Source: a virus. Taken from it: DNA of 64,000 nt. Below the pieces are notes generated by a model. The model did no database searches and was not told the origin of the DNA. It saw only the letters and a program-made list of their open reading frames with translations. This document shows positions 29,041 to 39,949 of this stretch, piece by piece (the first letter of the stretch is position 1; the number at the start of each line of letters is the position of its first letter). The DNA lies in IMG/VR virus record IMGVR_UViG_3300028534_000020, positions 23,622-87,621 of that record; one strand, given 5' to 3'. Both the position numbers and the translations under genes were made by a program.

Positions 29041-29341
29041 TTTGCAGTTGAGCTTTTAAGATTGCTAAATAATTTATTGCATCGTTAATTGTGTCTTCGA
29101 TTGACTCATCTTTAACTGCAGCGTTTTTATCAATTAAATTTGATATTCGTGAAATTTTATCGAGTATTCTAACAAGAATACCTCTGCTGGGTTTTACACC
29201 TACTACCTTAGAATTACGAAAATTCTTAAACGGGTCTTGTTGTGTTGCATAATCTTGCGTTTTACGTTTGGCAATTTGTAAGCATTGTTCAAACGTTTGT
29301 TCCATTGAGTCAATAAGTATGTTATTTTTTACTTCTGCCAT
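29021..29341 (-). CDS. DUF1599 / nucleotide-modification-associated domain 1-like protein
   Basis: RKTQDYA...DPFKNF...RILDKISR...DTINDAINY; start moved to MAEV. Confidence 0.6.
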   Translation of the reverse strand: MAEVKNNILIDSMEQTFEQCLQIAKRKTQDYATQQDPFKNFRNSKVVGVKPSRGILVRILDKISRISNLIDKNAAVKDESIEDTINDAINYLAILKAQLQNERKEK

Positions 29342-29804
29342 TTTTCTTTTGTTTTTGTTCGTTCCCAAATGTAGAAAAAATATCAAACAATGTAAATAAC
29401 TGTTCTGCAGTTTCTTGTGATACCATTACATTTTCCATTTTTTCCTCGATTTTATAGGGCTGGTAAAACGTAATTTCGACGTCTTCGTCTAATAATTGAT
29501 TGATTTTTTCAGTCAATAAATCAACGTCTTTTAATTTTACTTTTCTGTCTTCGTCTTTTTTGCCTTTTTCATAAACGACTTTACCGTCTTTATCAAATTC
29601 CAAATGTTCACTAATAAGTTCTTGACGTGTTCGTTCATATTTTTCAAATAATTTACCAACGTATGACTTATTTCTATGTACTATGTATAATAAATCTGCT
29701 GGTAATTTATCTTTATTATCTTGTGCACGTTTTTCGAATTCGATTATATGATTTACAATACTAATTACATCAGTATTTTTTGCTTTTACAGTTCTTTTAC
29801 TCAT
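29322..29804 (-). CDS. hypothetical protein
   Basis: Packed minus-strand ORF. Confidence 0.6.
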   Translation of the reverse strand: MSKRTVKAKNTDVISIVNHIIEFEKRAQDNKDKLPADLLYIVHRNKSYVGKLFEKYERTRQELISEHLEFDKDGKVVYEKGKKDEDRKVKLKDVDLLTEKINQLLDEDVEITFYQPYKIEEKMENVMVSQETAEQLFTLFDIFSTFGNEQKQKKNGRSKK

Positions 29805-30846
29805 TTGAATTTATTTTTAATTGTTGTTTTAAATATTTTAACATTTCGTCTTTTTTATCACAATCTGCACAGAATATCTTAAATTCATCGATGATTGTAC
29901 TTTCATTAAAAGCATTATAGCCTTCTACTTGAATTTGCTCAACGCCTTCAATAATATCTGTTTGCTTTAGTTTTACATCAATACCACTTTTTTTCAAATT
30001 CGCAGTATTTACTGATTTAATTACTGACTCTTCGCCGATAATTTCAATACGCACAAAATTGCCATTTTCTTTTTCTTGCAGTGCTTTTTTAGCAACGCTT
30101 TCTATCGTTTCTTTAGCAATATCAACCTTGAACTTAATATACTTGTTGAATTGAGTATTGATATGCTTAAATACAACTTTATCATCTTTAAGCGTTAATT
30201 CAAGAAAGCCTTTTTTATCGTTTTCGCCAAAATTAGCTTGATATGCACTACCAAAATAGTAAATATTGTTAAATTCAGAAATATCGTGATAATGACCTAC
30301 AAGAACTTTATCAAATTTCTTAAATTTAACTTTTGTTAATGCATTTTGAACCTTTGAGCCATCGTTATTTTTTACGCCATTGATTGCAGCGTGTGTTAAT
30401 AATAAATTAACCATATTTGGCTGTGTGAGGTTATTAGCTTTCTTTAATTCGTTGATATACATAGTACTCTCATCAAAATATGGTAAAAGCACAATATTAA
30501 CTTTATCATCAATAATAAAGCTTTGAGGCGCTTTTGTCAAATTAAATGCTGGATGGTGTTTGTATACATCGAGGAAACTATCATAAGACTCATAATCAGT
30601 TTTATCGTGATTACCTGGTATAGCGTATAATGTAATTCCATTTTCGTTAAACTCATCAAGTATTTTTGTAAACGCGTTCAGTGTTAATTCAGTTTGCGCT
30701 TTTCTACTTGTAAATATGTCGCCAGCGTGAAAAACAGTATCAATATTATGTTTTTTAGCATATTTTATTAGCTGGTCAAATATGGAATTGTTAATATCTA
30801 CAGTTGAGTCTTTTAAATGCGTGTCAGTTATGAACAGTACTTTCAT
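29797..30846 (-). CDS. SbcD/Mre11-like metallophosphoesterase nuclease
   Basis: TDTH, AGDIF, GNHD, LTHA, GHYH. Confidence 0.9.
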   Translation of the reverse strand: MKVLFITDTHLKDSTVDINNSIFDQLIKYAKKHNIDTVFHAGDIFTSRKAQTELTLNAFTKILDEFNENGITLYAIPGNHDKTDYESYDSFLDVYKHHPAFNLTKAPQSFIIDDKVNIVLLPYFDESTMYINELKKANNLTQPNMVNLLLTHAAINGVKNNDGSKVQNALTKVKFKKFDKVLVGHYHDISEFNNIYYFGSAYQANFGENDKKGFLELTLKDDKVVFKHINTQFNKYIKFKVDIAKETIESVAKKALQEKENGNFVRIEIIGEESVIKSVNTANLKKSGIDVKLKQTDIIEGVEQIQVEGYNAFNESTIIDEFKIFCADCDKKDEMLKYLKQQLKINSNE

Positions 30847-30855
30847 AAATATAAG

Positions 30856-30877
30856 ATTAAAGCGGGCTTACGCCCGC
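30856..30877 (-). terminator. GNRA-capped hairpin, probable terminator
   Basis: Minus strand GCGGGC-GTAA-GCCCGC then TTTAAT (short U-tract). Confidence 0.55.
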
Positions 30878-30881
30878 ATTA

Positions 30882-32129
30882 TTATTTCTTACTTGCTTTT
30901 TGTTTAGCCAATTTAAGACGGTTGCGAACTTCATCGAGTTTTGATTGTGTCGCAGACGCTGTTTTTGGCGCTTCTTGCGTAACTTCAGGCTCAGATTCAG
31001 GTTGTTCATCGTCTTCAACGTCATCGACTTCGTCGGGTTCAGTTTCGTCGATTTGTGCGCGTAATTTAAGTTGATTTCTTATTTCGTCGCGAATGTCATC
31101 ATCTGACATACTACGCTTTACAATAATCGGTAATTCGTTCTTTTTAATATAACGTTTAAGTTGTGTTCTATCCATTCCCTCGAATTCGTCTTCGGGCTCG
31201 CTTGCTTCGACTTCGTCTTCAACAGTTTCAACATCTTCGTCTTGTTCATCTTCGTCTTCGTCAGCCGGCCATTCTTGTTGTAATTTTTCTACGATCGCGA
31301 GCCATTCATCGTGCTCAAAAGCACCAAAATTATTTTGCTCATCGAATAATTGTAAGCCTTCTACTGCGAGGTCAAAATCGCGTCTACGGTATACATTAAC
31401 AAATTGCTCTTCAAGACTTTTTAATTTTAAGAATTGCTCAATTTCATCATCTGTTAATGCATAGTTTCCACGAAACTCAATATTTACTTTATATTTATCT
31501 TGAGCGCGTTCAGCATTGGGGTCGTATTTGACGATGATTGCTTTACCATCATCAGGGTCTGTAAAAGGGTCAACTGAGATAGGTTCATCAGCATCGTCCT
31601 CTGTAATTGCCAATTCGTTTAATTTCTTTTTAATGCCGGGTGTATAAGTCCAAAAACCAAAATGCTTTTTGCCGCCAATGTATTGATTAACGTACGCAAT
31701 CCATTCATATTTTGCTTTTAAACCTTTTTTCCAGTGCGTGAGGTCTTTTAACTTATCCTCAAGTTCTTTTTCGTCGTCAATTGTGTCGGTTAATAATTGC
31801 GTTACAAATTTAACGTATTCCTCGACAATATCTTGTTTTGCATTGCCGTGTATTTTTGCATTCCAAACAGGACGTTTTTTCATTTCTGTGACCTCTTCGC
31901 CATTCTTTTCGTATGTTACCATTTTTGGCAACCACCAGCGGCTATACGGGTATGTAAATGAACTTGTTCCTGGGTGAGCTGGAAATATACGCAGCTTATT
32001 TGTGCCGGGTTTGATTTTTACGTATGGCGTTCTTTCGCCGTCATTGTAAATAATGTTTTTTACTTCGCTTTCCTGCGATTTAATGTTTTGAGTGGGTGTA
32101 GCTTTTAATTTGCTTCTGTCTACTGTCAT
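30882..32129 (-). CDS. single-stranded DNA-binding protein (gp32-like), long acidic C-terminal region
   Basis: KLRIFP...DPFTDPDDGKAI..KY pattern, acidic tail, position among replication genes. Confidence 0.65.
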   Translation of the reverse strand: MTVDRSKLKATPTQNIKSQESEVKNIIYNDGERTPYVKIKPGTNKLRIFPAHPGTSSFTYPYSRWWLPKMVTYEKNGEEVTEMKKRPVWNAKIHGNAKQDIVEEYVKFVTQLLTDTIDDEKELEDKLKDLTHWKKGLKAKYEWIAYVNQYIGGKKHFGFWTYTPGIKKKLNELAITEDDADEPISVDPFTDPDDGKAIIVKYDPNAERAQDKYKVNIEFRGNYALTDDEIEQFLKLKSLEEQFVNVYRRRDFDLAVEGLQLFDEQNNFGAFEHDEWLAIVEKLQQEWPADEDEDEQDEDVETVEDEVEASEPEDEFEGMDRTQLKRYIKKNELPIIVKRSMSDDDIRDEIRNQLKLRAQIDETEPDEVDDVEDDEQPESEPEVTQEAPKTASATQSKLDEVRNRLKLAKQKASKK

Positions 32130-32158
32130 TTTTGTAATTTTTAATGATTATCTAAAAT

Positions 32159-33001
32159 TTATACTAAAACTAATTTATTTTCTTTTTCTACGCCGTTAAG
32201 CGTTAATTGTAATAATTGAGCGTCAATTTGCATACGATATAATTCATCGTTCGTAAAATCTTTGTTATGATTTAATTGATAGTTAAATGCGTTATAAATA
32301 AGCCATTTGCTCATTTCCAAATCGTGTGTTTGCTGTTCTGTATATGCGCGTTCAATAACAGCTTGCATTTGACGTGAAGGAAAACGCGTAGAATTTACAA
32401 GTAATTCAATATAACGTTCAGGGTCCGGAATGCGATGTTTAGCAAGTTCATCGAAACTTCCAATATAATTTTTTGCATTTTTGATAAAATCATCAAGACC
32501 TTTTATAGTGTCATTCATTATCTTATCGAAATTGCCAATTGAATGTTTCAAATTTATATCAGTATCATATTTATAGCCCCATAAGCCATTTGAACAAATT
32601 TGACGATAAAAGCCCATTTTTGCGCGAAATGACACAGAGCCATCGTAAGAATGTAAAATTCTAATAACGGGTTTTACAACGTCGCGAGAATTTCCTACTG
32701 TAAAATCTGAGCCTTCGATAGCATAATCAGCCCAAAATATTGAGTGATTTACGTGTCTATATTTTTTTTGAAAAATAAAATGACGCGATAGTGTGTCCTC
32801 GATACGCGGAAAAATTTCATTGTTTTTGACAAGCTGATAATTTTTTGAACAAAAATTTACAATTTTTTCGCCTTCGTCAGTTTTGACCTTAATAGCGTAT
32901 TCGCTTCTATTCGGCAATATTACCGAGTCATTTTTAAAAAGTGATTTTGTTTCGATTTTTTCTGCTAACGCGTAAAAATCATTGTTGATTTTTTGTGACA
33001 T
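32159..33001 (-). CDS. DUF932-like protein
   Basis: NYQLVKN, HSYDGS...GFYRQICSNG, W..YNA. Confidence 0.7.
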   Translation of the reverse strand: MSQKINNDFYALAEKIETKSLFKNDSVILPNRSEYAIKVKTDEGEKIVNFCSKNYQLVKNNEIFPRIEDTLSRHFIFQKKYRHVNHSIFWADYAIEGSDFTVGNSRDVVKPVIRILHSYDGSVSFRAKMGFYRQICSNGLWGYKYDTDINLKHSIGNFDKIMNDTIKGLDDFIKNAKNYIGSFDELAKHRIPDPERYIELLVNSTRFPSRQMQAVIERAYTEQQTHDLEMSKWLIYNAFNYQLNHNKDFTNDELYRMQIDAQLLQLTLNGVEKENKLVLV

Positions 33002-33017
33002 AACTTTAATGATTTAT

Positions 33018-33062
33018 TGTTTACACAGCAAATATACACAATATATTTTTAGTAGAAAAATT
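33018..33062 (-). promoter_or_regulatory. TAnnTTTG promoter cassette
   Basis: 45 bp identical to 25024-25068. Confidence 0.8.
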
Positions 33063-33615
33063 ATTTTATCAATTTTTCAGTCATTTTTATTTTTACGCCG
33101 TTAATTACGCCTTCAATTATCTGTTTTTCGAAGTCCTCAGGCTTTAATGAAATTGACGCGTTGTCAAGTTTCGCAGCTTTATCTCGCGCTGACCAATAAA
33201 AACTATCAATTTCATTATAATTACGTACTGTGCGTAAATATGTTTTCATTCGTAATTGATAACCTTTGTCTAAAAGTACAGCGTTCTCAACTTCAGGGTT
33301 CGTAGGCAATTTAACTTTTGTTTTACCTTTTTCGTCTACAGTTTTCTTAACTAAACTTTTACGGTACATTTCAGATAATTTTGCTTTATACACTTCAAGT
33401 GCAAATTTTGCTTTCGCCATTGCGTCGTCCATTTCAGCGCGTAGTATACCTATTCTATTTAGAATAGCAGAAAATGTTAATACTTCACCTAAAATATTTG
33501 TGTAGTCAATTTTCAAAATATCGTCCATATCAATATCGACGTCAAAATCTGGCAATTTCAATATAATAAATTTATCACCTCTACTGATTTTAATAATGTT
33601 TTGTTGCTCTTCCAT
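33061..33615 (-). CDS. UvsY-like recombination mediator (tentative)
   Basis: Helical protein with ENAVLLDKGY; lies between SSB and the polymerase. Confidence 0.4.
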   Translation of the reverse strand: MEEQQNIIKISRGDKFIILKLPDFDVDIDMDDILKIDYTNILGEVLTFSAILNRIGILRAEMDDAMAKAKFALEVYKAKLSEMYRKSLVKKTVDEKGKTKVKLPTNPEVENAVLLDKGYQLRMKTYLRTVRNYNEIDSFYWSARDKAAKLDNASISLKPEDFEKQIIEGVINGVKIKMTEKLIK

Positions 33616-33618
33616 CGG

Positions 33619-36600
33619 TTATTGTTTTAATGTTATTATTTCTGTTCTATCGTTTGTCATCAACACATTTTGCTTTTTGAAATTATTATAATCAATAGTT
33701 CCATTTAGCAAAACGATTTTTTTTGTTGAATTATCAATAATATCTTTATACTCTTCGTATGTATCTGGCCAAATTGTGACGAAAACTATTTCATTATTTA
33801 CTTCACATTTTAATTCTACAAACTGTTCTCCAGCTCTTGTTTTTTTCTTATTGATAAACTCAACTATACCACCAAATACTACGTCTTTACCTACTACATC
33901 GCTATTTTGAAAATCTAATTCGTTTACGTATTTTCCTTTGAATTTATTGCGTCGTAATAACTTATCGAAATGAATATAACCATACCCGCAAGCTTGTCTT
34001 TGCTTAATTAACCACCAATAATCATATTTAACAGCTGGGTTCATAGTAGGCAAATACTCATCTTTAAGTTTTGCGTTACTTGCTTTGTATAATTCTTTCA
34101 TTATTTCAATACGTTCTTTTGGCGCGTATACATCATACATTTCATCAAAAGCACCCGACAAAATAAGATATTCGATTACGCGTTTATTAACAGCTTTTTT
34201 TGGGACAGCAGCCATAAAATCATCTAGCGAAAAGAATTCACCTTCTTTTTGCCGTGCTTCAATTATAGCATCAACAGCTTTACTTCCAGCAAATTTAACA
34301 GATGAAATTGACCAGTATATTTTATGTGTTTCTAAATCTGAGTAAAAACCATCGCGACTTTTGTTAATTGACGGTGGTACTAATTCTACTGTCTGGCCTG
34401 AGCGGTTTATTTCAGATATTCGTTTATGAATTTCTTTATCGTTTGCAAATTGCAATGACGTAGTCCAAAACTGCAATGGGTAATGAACTTTTAAATATTG
34501 ACAATAATAACCTGTTAATGCATACGCAACTGCGTGCGACCTATTAAAACCATACGAAACGAACGCGATTATTTTATCCCATACTTTATTTGCATATTCT
34601 TTTGTTACGCCAAATTTTTTTTGATAACCTTTGATAAATTTCCCATAATATTTATCAGCTTCATCAAGCGTCATTCCCATTTTTCTATAATGACCAAATT
34701 TCGCAGTAAATTTTCTAAACGCATCTGTTTCGGCGACTTCACAGTCTGTTAACTTTCTGTATGCAAGCATTAATTGCTCTTGATATACCCATAAACCATA
34801 AGTAGGTCCAGTTATGTCCTCCATACCTATATCTATATCAGGTTCTTTTTCGCCGTGCTTAATTTTCACAAAATCAAGATGCGCATTTGACTCAATAGGT
34901 CCTGGTCTATATAACGCGTTCATAGCAATTAAGTCCTCAATATTGTCAGGTTTTACTTCCTTCGAATATTTCTTTTGCGCGTCAGAACCAAATTGAAATA
35001 CATCATCATTAAGACCAAGTGAAAACATTCTATATGTTTCTGGGTCATCAATTGGAATATCTGTGTGGATATTTATTTTTTCGCCAAGTTGTTTCTCAAT
35101 TAAATTAAGCGTATGTGACCATTTATCAAGTTGCGCAATACCTAAAATATCCTCTTTAACAAATTTTCCTTTATCGACATAAATACCTTCCCATTCTGTC
35201 AATAAAACGCCGTCTACTTTTTTTACTGGTAATAAATCGTAAATTTCTACATCGTTTCCATATTTATCTTTATGTGGCACAATTATAACGCCAGAAGCGT
35301 GGATTGAGCGCGCTCTATGATTTTTTATAACAATCGACACATTATTTATCAATTCTACATTTTTAGTCACAAAATCATAAATAGTTTTATCGTTAACGGC
35401 GGCCTTAAATAATTGCATAATATCAGCGCCATCACCTTCCATTACTTTACCTAAGTGTTTTGTAATAAAGTTTATGTTTTTGTGGTCATAGTCCATTACG
35501 CGACCAATATCTTTAAGTCCCGATTTAACTTTTATAGTTGTATATGAGCCGATTGACGCAACAGAATGAATACCAAAACGCTCTTCCATATATCTTTTAA
35601 CATCATCGCGTCTTAGTCCTTCAAAATCACAATCAATATCTGGTACAGAACTATATCTTGCGGGGTTCAAAAATCGTTCAAAAAGTAAATTATATTTAAT
35701 TGGGTCAAGATGAATAATATCCATTAAATATGATACAAGACTACTTCCAGCAGAACCACGACCTACGCCAGTAAGTATTTTATCGCGTTTCGAATATAGC
35801 ATAATATCCCAAAGAATTAAAAAGTAGTCAATAAAACCACCATTTTTAATTACTTCGATTTCGTATTTAAGTCTATCACGATAAACTTGTTCGTCTTCAA
35901 CTTTACCTTTGATTTTTCGCTCGAATCCCTCTTCAATGACAGCGTAAAATAACTCTTCACTATCTTTATATTTTTTCGCCTCGTCATCTGTCAATTGATA
36001 CTCTGGCAATTTCATCGTTTCTGTGTCAATAATAAAATTACATTTATCAGCTATTTCATTTGTATTCTGTACTGCAATATCGAATAACTTTTTGAATTTT
36101 TCAGTTTTGATAATTTTTGCAAATTCATAAATCTGGTCAATTGACTTATAATATCTATCGTCTGAGCGATTTTCAAACTTTAAATTTCCAACTTTATTAA
36201 GTAATTGTCTAATATGCGCATAATCTTTATCAATATAATACGAATCAGAAATTACAACTGGGTCAATCTTATCGGCATATTTGTTAAAATATAATCGAAT
36301 AGCACGCAAATTTTCAATTTCTTTTTTTGGCGATTTGTATTCTGCAATATCAAGCTGGAAGTATTTGTCTTTAATAAAATCGAGCTCGTCGAAAAAATTC
36401 CAATCAAAATCTGTCCCTAACACAATTACTACATCATCTGCGTATTCTTTTAATTGTTCAATAGTAATTGTCTCATCGCCATTAAAAACGTTTACTAACG
36501 AGTGAATACGCAATAAATTACGCCAACCTTTTTCGTTTTTCGCAAATATTTTAATATCGCGTTTAATAAGTTCAGAAAATTTAACTGTAATTTGTTCGCC

Positions 36601-37068
36601 AAAAATTGGCTTAATTTCTGCATCGAGCATTGCTGATTGAAAATTTAAAGCGCCAGCCAAAGTATTTTTTTCACACAGCGCGAGGCTTTTATGTTCCAAA
36701 AATTTTGCTTTTTTTGCATATTCTTTATACAATCCAGAACCATTAAGTAATTCATAAGAACCGTGTAAGCCCAAATGTGTATAATTTTCTTGTCTTTGTC
36801 TTACAGCTTTACCAACATACTTTAAACGTTTTAATGAGACGTCTTTTATTTCATCAGCTTTTGTGTAATAATACACTCCACCAAACTGATATGCTATAAA
36901 ATCAATATCATCTGGAATTGACTGTATTAACAAATTCATTTCATTATCAAAAATACGCTGAGATTTGAATAATAAAAATTTTCCTACATTATTTATTATA
37001 AATGTATTTTCTGTAAAATCTTGCGCATCAATTAACTGTTCTTGTAAGTAATTCCGTAAATCTTTCAT
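33619..37068 (-). CDS. dnaE: DNA polymerase III alpha subunit (C family)
   Basis: PHP HLGLHGSY, GRGSAGSSLV, PDIDCD, HASG, FQF, YQEQ, YGFNRSHA, C-terminal OB fold. Confidence 0.96.
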   Translation of the reverse strand: MKDLRNYLQEQLIDAQDFTENTFIINNVGKFLLFKSQRIFDNEMNLLIQSIPDDIDFIAYQFGGVYYYTKADEIKDVSLKRLKYVGKAVRQRQENYTHLGLHGSYELLNGSGLYKEYAKKAKFLEHKSLALCEKNTLAGALNFQSAMLDAEIKPIFGEQITVKFSELIKRDIKIFAKNEKGWRNLLRIHSLVNVFNGDETITIEQLKEYADDVVIVLGTDFDWNFFDELDFIKDKYFQLDIAEYKSPKKEIENLRAIRLYFNKYADKIDPVVISDSYYIDKDYAHIRQLLNKVGNLKFENRSDDRYYKSIDQIYEFAKIIKTEKFKKLFDIAVQNTNEIADKCNFIIDTETMKLPEYQLTDDEAKKYKDSEELFYAVIEEGFERKIKGKVEDEQVYRDRLKYEIEVIKNGGFIDYFLILWDIMLYSKRDKILTGVGRGSAGSSLVSYLMDIIHLDPIKYNLLFERFLNPARYSSVPDIDCDFEGLRRDDVKRYMEERFGIHSVASIGSYTTIKVKSGLKDIGRVMDYDHKNINFITKHLGKVMEGDGADIMQLFKAAVNDKTIYDFVTKNVELINNVSIVIKNHRARSIHASGVIIVPHKDKYGNDVEIYDLLPVKKVDGVLLTEWEGIYVDKGKFVKEDILGIAQLDKWSHTLNLIEKQLGEKINIHTDIPIDDPETYRMFSLGLNDDVFQFGSDAQKKYSKEVKPDNIEDLIAMNALYRPGPIESNAHLDFVKIKHGEKEPDIDIGMEDITGPTYGLWVYQEQLMLAYRKLTDCEVAETDAFRKFTAKFGHYRKMGMTLDEADKYYGKFIKGYQKKFGVTKEYANKVWDKIIAFVSYGFNRSHAVAYALTGYYCQYLKVHYPLQFWTTSLQFANDKEIHKRISEINRSGQTVELVPPSINKSRDGFYSDLETHKIYWSISSVKFAGSKAVDAIIEARQKEGEFFSLDDFMAAVPKKAVNKRVIEYLILSGAFDEMYDVYAPKERIEIMKELYKASNAKLKDEYLPTMNPAVKYDYWWLIKQRQACGYGYIHFDKLLRRNKFKGKYVNELDFQNSDVVGKDVVFGGIVEFINKKKTRAGEQFVELKCEVNNEIVFVTIWPDTYEEYKDIIDNSTKKIVLLNGTIDYNNFKKQNVLMTNDRTEIITLKQ

Positions 37069-37664
37069 AATATCGATTTTAATAATTTATCTAATTCGTC
37101 TAATTTTACAAACTCAAGCGCTGGCAGTTTTTGCTGAGTAGTTGTAGTTATAGTTATTCTCATTTTTTTAGCGATTTCGCTGACGTCAAATTTATCTGTA
37201 TAAAATACAGTATAGCGTACAAATAATTGCTCATTTGAGTCAATTGTAAAACCGCGAAATGCAAAATATTTTTCTTTATTTTTATACGCGATAACAGCAG
37301 TTTTATTAACTTTATAAGTCAAATTATTGTTTTTAATCACATTCTTTATTTCACTTATAAACATTTTAGCAATCTCGGGCATTGAGCTTACAAATTTTAC
37401 AGGCATTTTTGGCCGCGTAAATTCTGATATAGGTTTGAATTTTTTTAATAGGTTCTTATATCGTTTATATTCAATACCCTTTAAAATACGAAGCGTATCG
37501 ACAATTTGTGGAAATGATAAAAAATCTATATCTGTAATATCATATTTTGCGAGTTCATCGCGTAAAATATCAGATACAAGTTCATAATCATTATTGACTT
37601 TTTTTTGCGGAAAAAAGTCTTCTTTTAACGCTTCAAATAATTTTTGTTCTATACTAACCGGCAT
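37065..37664 (-). CDS. hypothetical protein
   Basis: Packed minus-strand ORF. Confidence 0.65.
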   Translation of the reverse strand: MPVSIEQKLFEALKEDFFPQKKVNNDYELVSDILRDELAKYDITDIDFLSFPQIVDTLRILKGIEYKRYKNLLKKFKPISEFTRPKMPVKFVSSMPEIAKMFISEIKNVIKNNNLTYKVNKTAVIAYKNKEKYFAFRGFTIDSNEQLFVRYTVFYTDKFDVSEIAKKMRITITTTTQQKLPALEFVKLDELDKLLKSIL

Positions 37665-38092
37665 ACGTCATTTATATTTACGATTAAATCATCTTTAAGT
37701 TTAATCAAGTTTTTGTCTAAATCATACCATTCAATTTTCTTTATAAGCACACCACTTCCGTTTTTTACTTTTACGTCTGTGCCAGGTTTAAAATAATGGT
37801 ATAAGTCGCGCTTTTTTAATCTACGCTCTTGTACAATATCTCTATACTGTAATTTTGGAATACCCCAAACAAGAATTTGTGATATAAGTTCGTTATATTT
37901 TTCTTTTGAGTCAAATATTGACTGTAATTTATTTCGTAATGCAATGTCAAGAATTTTATTGCGCTTATGTGCCATTATTGTTTGCCAATATTTTACATCA
38001 CTTTCGTTTTTATATATTTTACTACGAATTTCAGCGCTTAAATATTCAAGCTGTAATTGATTATAATATTCATATATTGATAATTGTCTCAT
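37649..38092 (-). CDS. hypothetical protein
   Basis: Packed minus-strand ORF. Confidence 0.65.
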   Translation of the reverse strand: MRQLSIYEYYNQLQLEYLSAEIRSKIYKNESDVKYWQTIMAHKRNKILDIALRNKLQSIFDSKEKYNELISQILVWGIPKLQYRDIVQERRLKKRDLYHYFKPGTDVKVKNGSGVLIKKIEWYDLDKNLIKLKDDLIVNINDVCRLV

Positions 38093-39075
38093 TATATAAG
38101 TTTCTTTTTGTTAATAGTTTCGTAAAAGAATTCCTCTGGCTCATATAATTTATCGAGCGTTTGCAATAATTGTTCGAGCGTCATATCGCCAGGGTCTTTT
38201 GCTGTACTAAGTGCAACTTTTACATTAAAATATTTTTGTAATTCAACAGAGTAATTTTTTGACTCTTTAATAGCGTCTCTATCATATAACAAAATTACTG
38301 ATTTAACATTTTTTTGCTGTAAAAGATAAATTTGCGATTTTGATATTTTTTTACCAAAACAAGCTACTGACTTTAATTCGTTATCATAAAATAACTGTAA
38401 ATGTGTGTCAACTTTTAATTTATCAAAAATGCCTTCTGTAATAATTACAGTGTCTACATTATCAAGTTCATTTATGCCAAATAAATATTTTGAAAAATCA
38501 GCACCTGGCGAATTTAGATAACGTCTGTATTTTTTACCAGTTTTTTGTTCTTTTTTTTCAATTTGCTTATTTAACAATGTTGTTCTTGCAATCCACGCTA
38601 CTGGCTCATTATCGAGTTCAAGTAAAAATATAAGATAATTTTTAAGTTTTGTATAAATACTTGTTGTACCGATTTTATGTACTTCAAATACTTTTTTATC
38701 AATACCTCGAATATCTGTTATATATTTATGCTCGTAAATACGCTTAAAACCTAATGGCTTTTTCGCTTTATGCATTATTTCAAACTTAAACTCTTCATCT
38801 TCAATACGTTTTAACTTTTTTTCAAGTTTAATTTCAACATCAATACCGCCAAGCTCATCAATTAAATCTTGCTTACCAATATATTTCAGTAATTTATATA
38901 AATTGCCGTGTTCGCCGCATTTAAAACAATTAAATGAACCAGCACGACCGCCAAAATTAATGCCAAGATGGTCCTCTTTACCACAATATGGGCATTTAGT
39001 TGAATACCAACCTTTGTTGCCAGTTTTTTTCAGTTTAAAGAAATTATCAATATGTTCTTTTTGTATTTTACCCAT
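38092..39075 (-). CDS. DNA primase (Zn finger plus TOPRIM)
   Basis: CPYC...CFKC, ITEGIFD, YDRDA. Confidence 0.88.
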   Translation of the reverse strand: MGKIQKEHIDNFFKLKKTGNKGWYSTKCPYCGKEDHLGINFGGRAGSFNCFKCGEHGNLYKLLKYIGKQDLIDELGGIDVEIKLEKKLKRIEDEEFKFEIMHKAKKPLGFKRIYEHKYITDIRGIDKKVFEVHKIGTTSIYTKLKNYLIFLLELDNEPVAWIARTTLLNKQIEKKEQKTGKKYRRYLNSPGADFSKYLFGINELDNVDTVIITEGIFDKLKVDTHLQLFYDNELKSVACFGKKISKSQIYLLQQKNVKSVILLYDRDAIKESKNYSVELQKYFNVKVALSTAKDPGDMTLEQLLQTLDKLYEPEEFFYETINKKKLI

Positions 39076-39949
39076 TGATATACTTAGTGCCCTTAAACAC
39101 TTCTTTTATTTGTAATTGTGTTTTGCTTCCAAAAGATTTACTTTGCATTAACCATTCTTTATATAAGTTTCGCGGAATATACATTGAACCAAGCGCTACC
39201 ATTCTTATTTGCTCTAAAAATTTCTGTTCAGAAATATCAAAACCAAATGATTTCATTATTTCGTCTGTACTCATATCAGAACCTAAAAATTTGTCATAAA
39301 CTTGTTTAACTTTTTTTGGCCCGTTCCCTTTTGGTAATAATCTTGCTACATTATCGCCTGAGTCGCCTAATAAAACTTTTTCAAAACGCAATAAACTTGG
39401 GTCAATAACTTGCGCATATTGCGCATATTCTTTACCAAGGTTATCAATTACAATCTGTGTATTAACAGCAAATATTTTATAATTACGCGAATTTGCTGTA
39501 AAAACTACAGTGTTGGGACTTATACATTGTCTAACGTCTGCGTCGTTTGTAATAAGTACTGTAAAATCTTTTTGCTCGCCGTATAAAGCTAACAAATCAT
39601 CAGCTTCGAGTCCTGGTATTTTTACAGCGTTATAACCACTTTTTTTAAGCAAATCATAAATATCATTGATAACATCGTAAAACTCTTGTTCTTTGCGTGT
39701 TCTATTGCCTTTATAATCAGAGCGTATATCATTTCTAAAATACGGTTTTGCGTCAAACGCTAACATTAGCTCACTGGCGTTAAACTTTTTAGTGAGTGAC
39801 GCTATATCTGTTATAAATTTGCGTCCAAGTTTTTGTTGCCATTCAAGTTTTGTTATATCAAAACCATCGTATCCAGAAACAATAGCGTAGGAACGATGAT
39901 ATATATTTGAAACATCAATTCCTACTTTCATTTTCTTTTTGTATTTCAT
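39068..39949 (-). CDS. 5'-3' exonuclease / flap endonuclease (T4 RNase H-like)
   Basis: IDVSN, FRNDIRSDYKGNR, EADD, DAD, GDSGDN. Confidence 0.88.
   Translation of the reverse strand: MKYKKKMKVGIDVSNIYHRSYAIVSGYDGFDITKLEWQQKLGRKFITDIASLTKKFNASELMLAFDAKPYFRNDIRSDYKGNRTRKEQEFYDVINDIYDLLKKSGYNAVKIPGLEADDLLALYGEQKDFTVLITNDADVRQCISPNTVVFTANSRNYKIFAVNTQIVIDNLGKEYAQYAQVIDPSLLRFEKVLLGDSGDNVARLLPKGNGPKKVKQVYDKFLGSDMSTDEIMKSFGFDISEQKFLEQIRMVALGSMYIPRNLYKEWLMQSKSFGSKTQLQIKEVFKGTKYING

Noticed and set aside
31140-31270. Low-complexity TCGTCTTC-type repeats
   Set aside because: Explained by the Asp/Glu-rich tail of the SSB-like protein.
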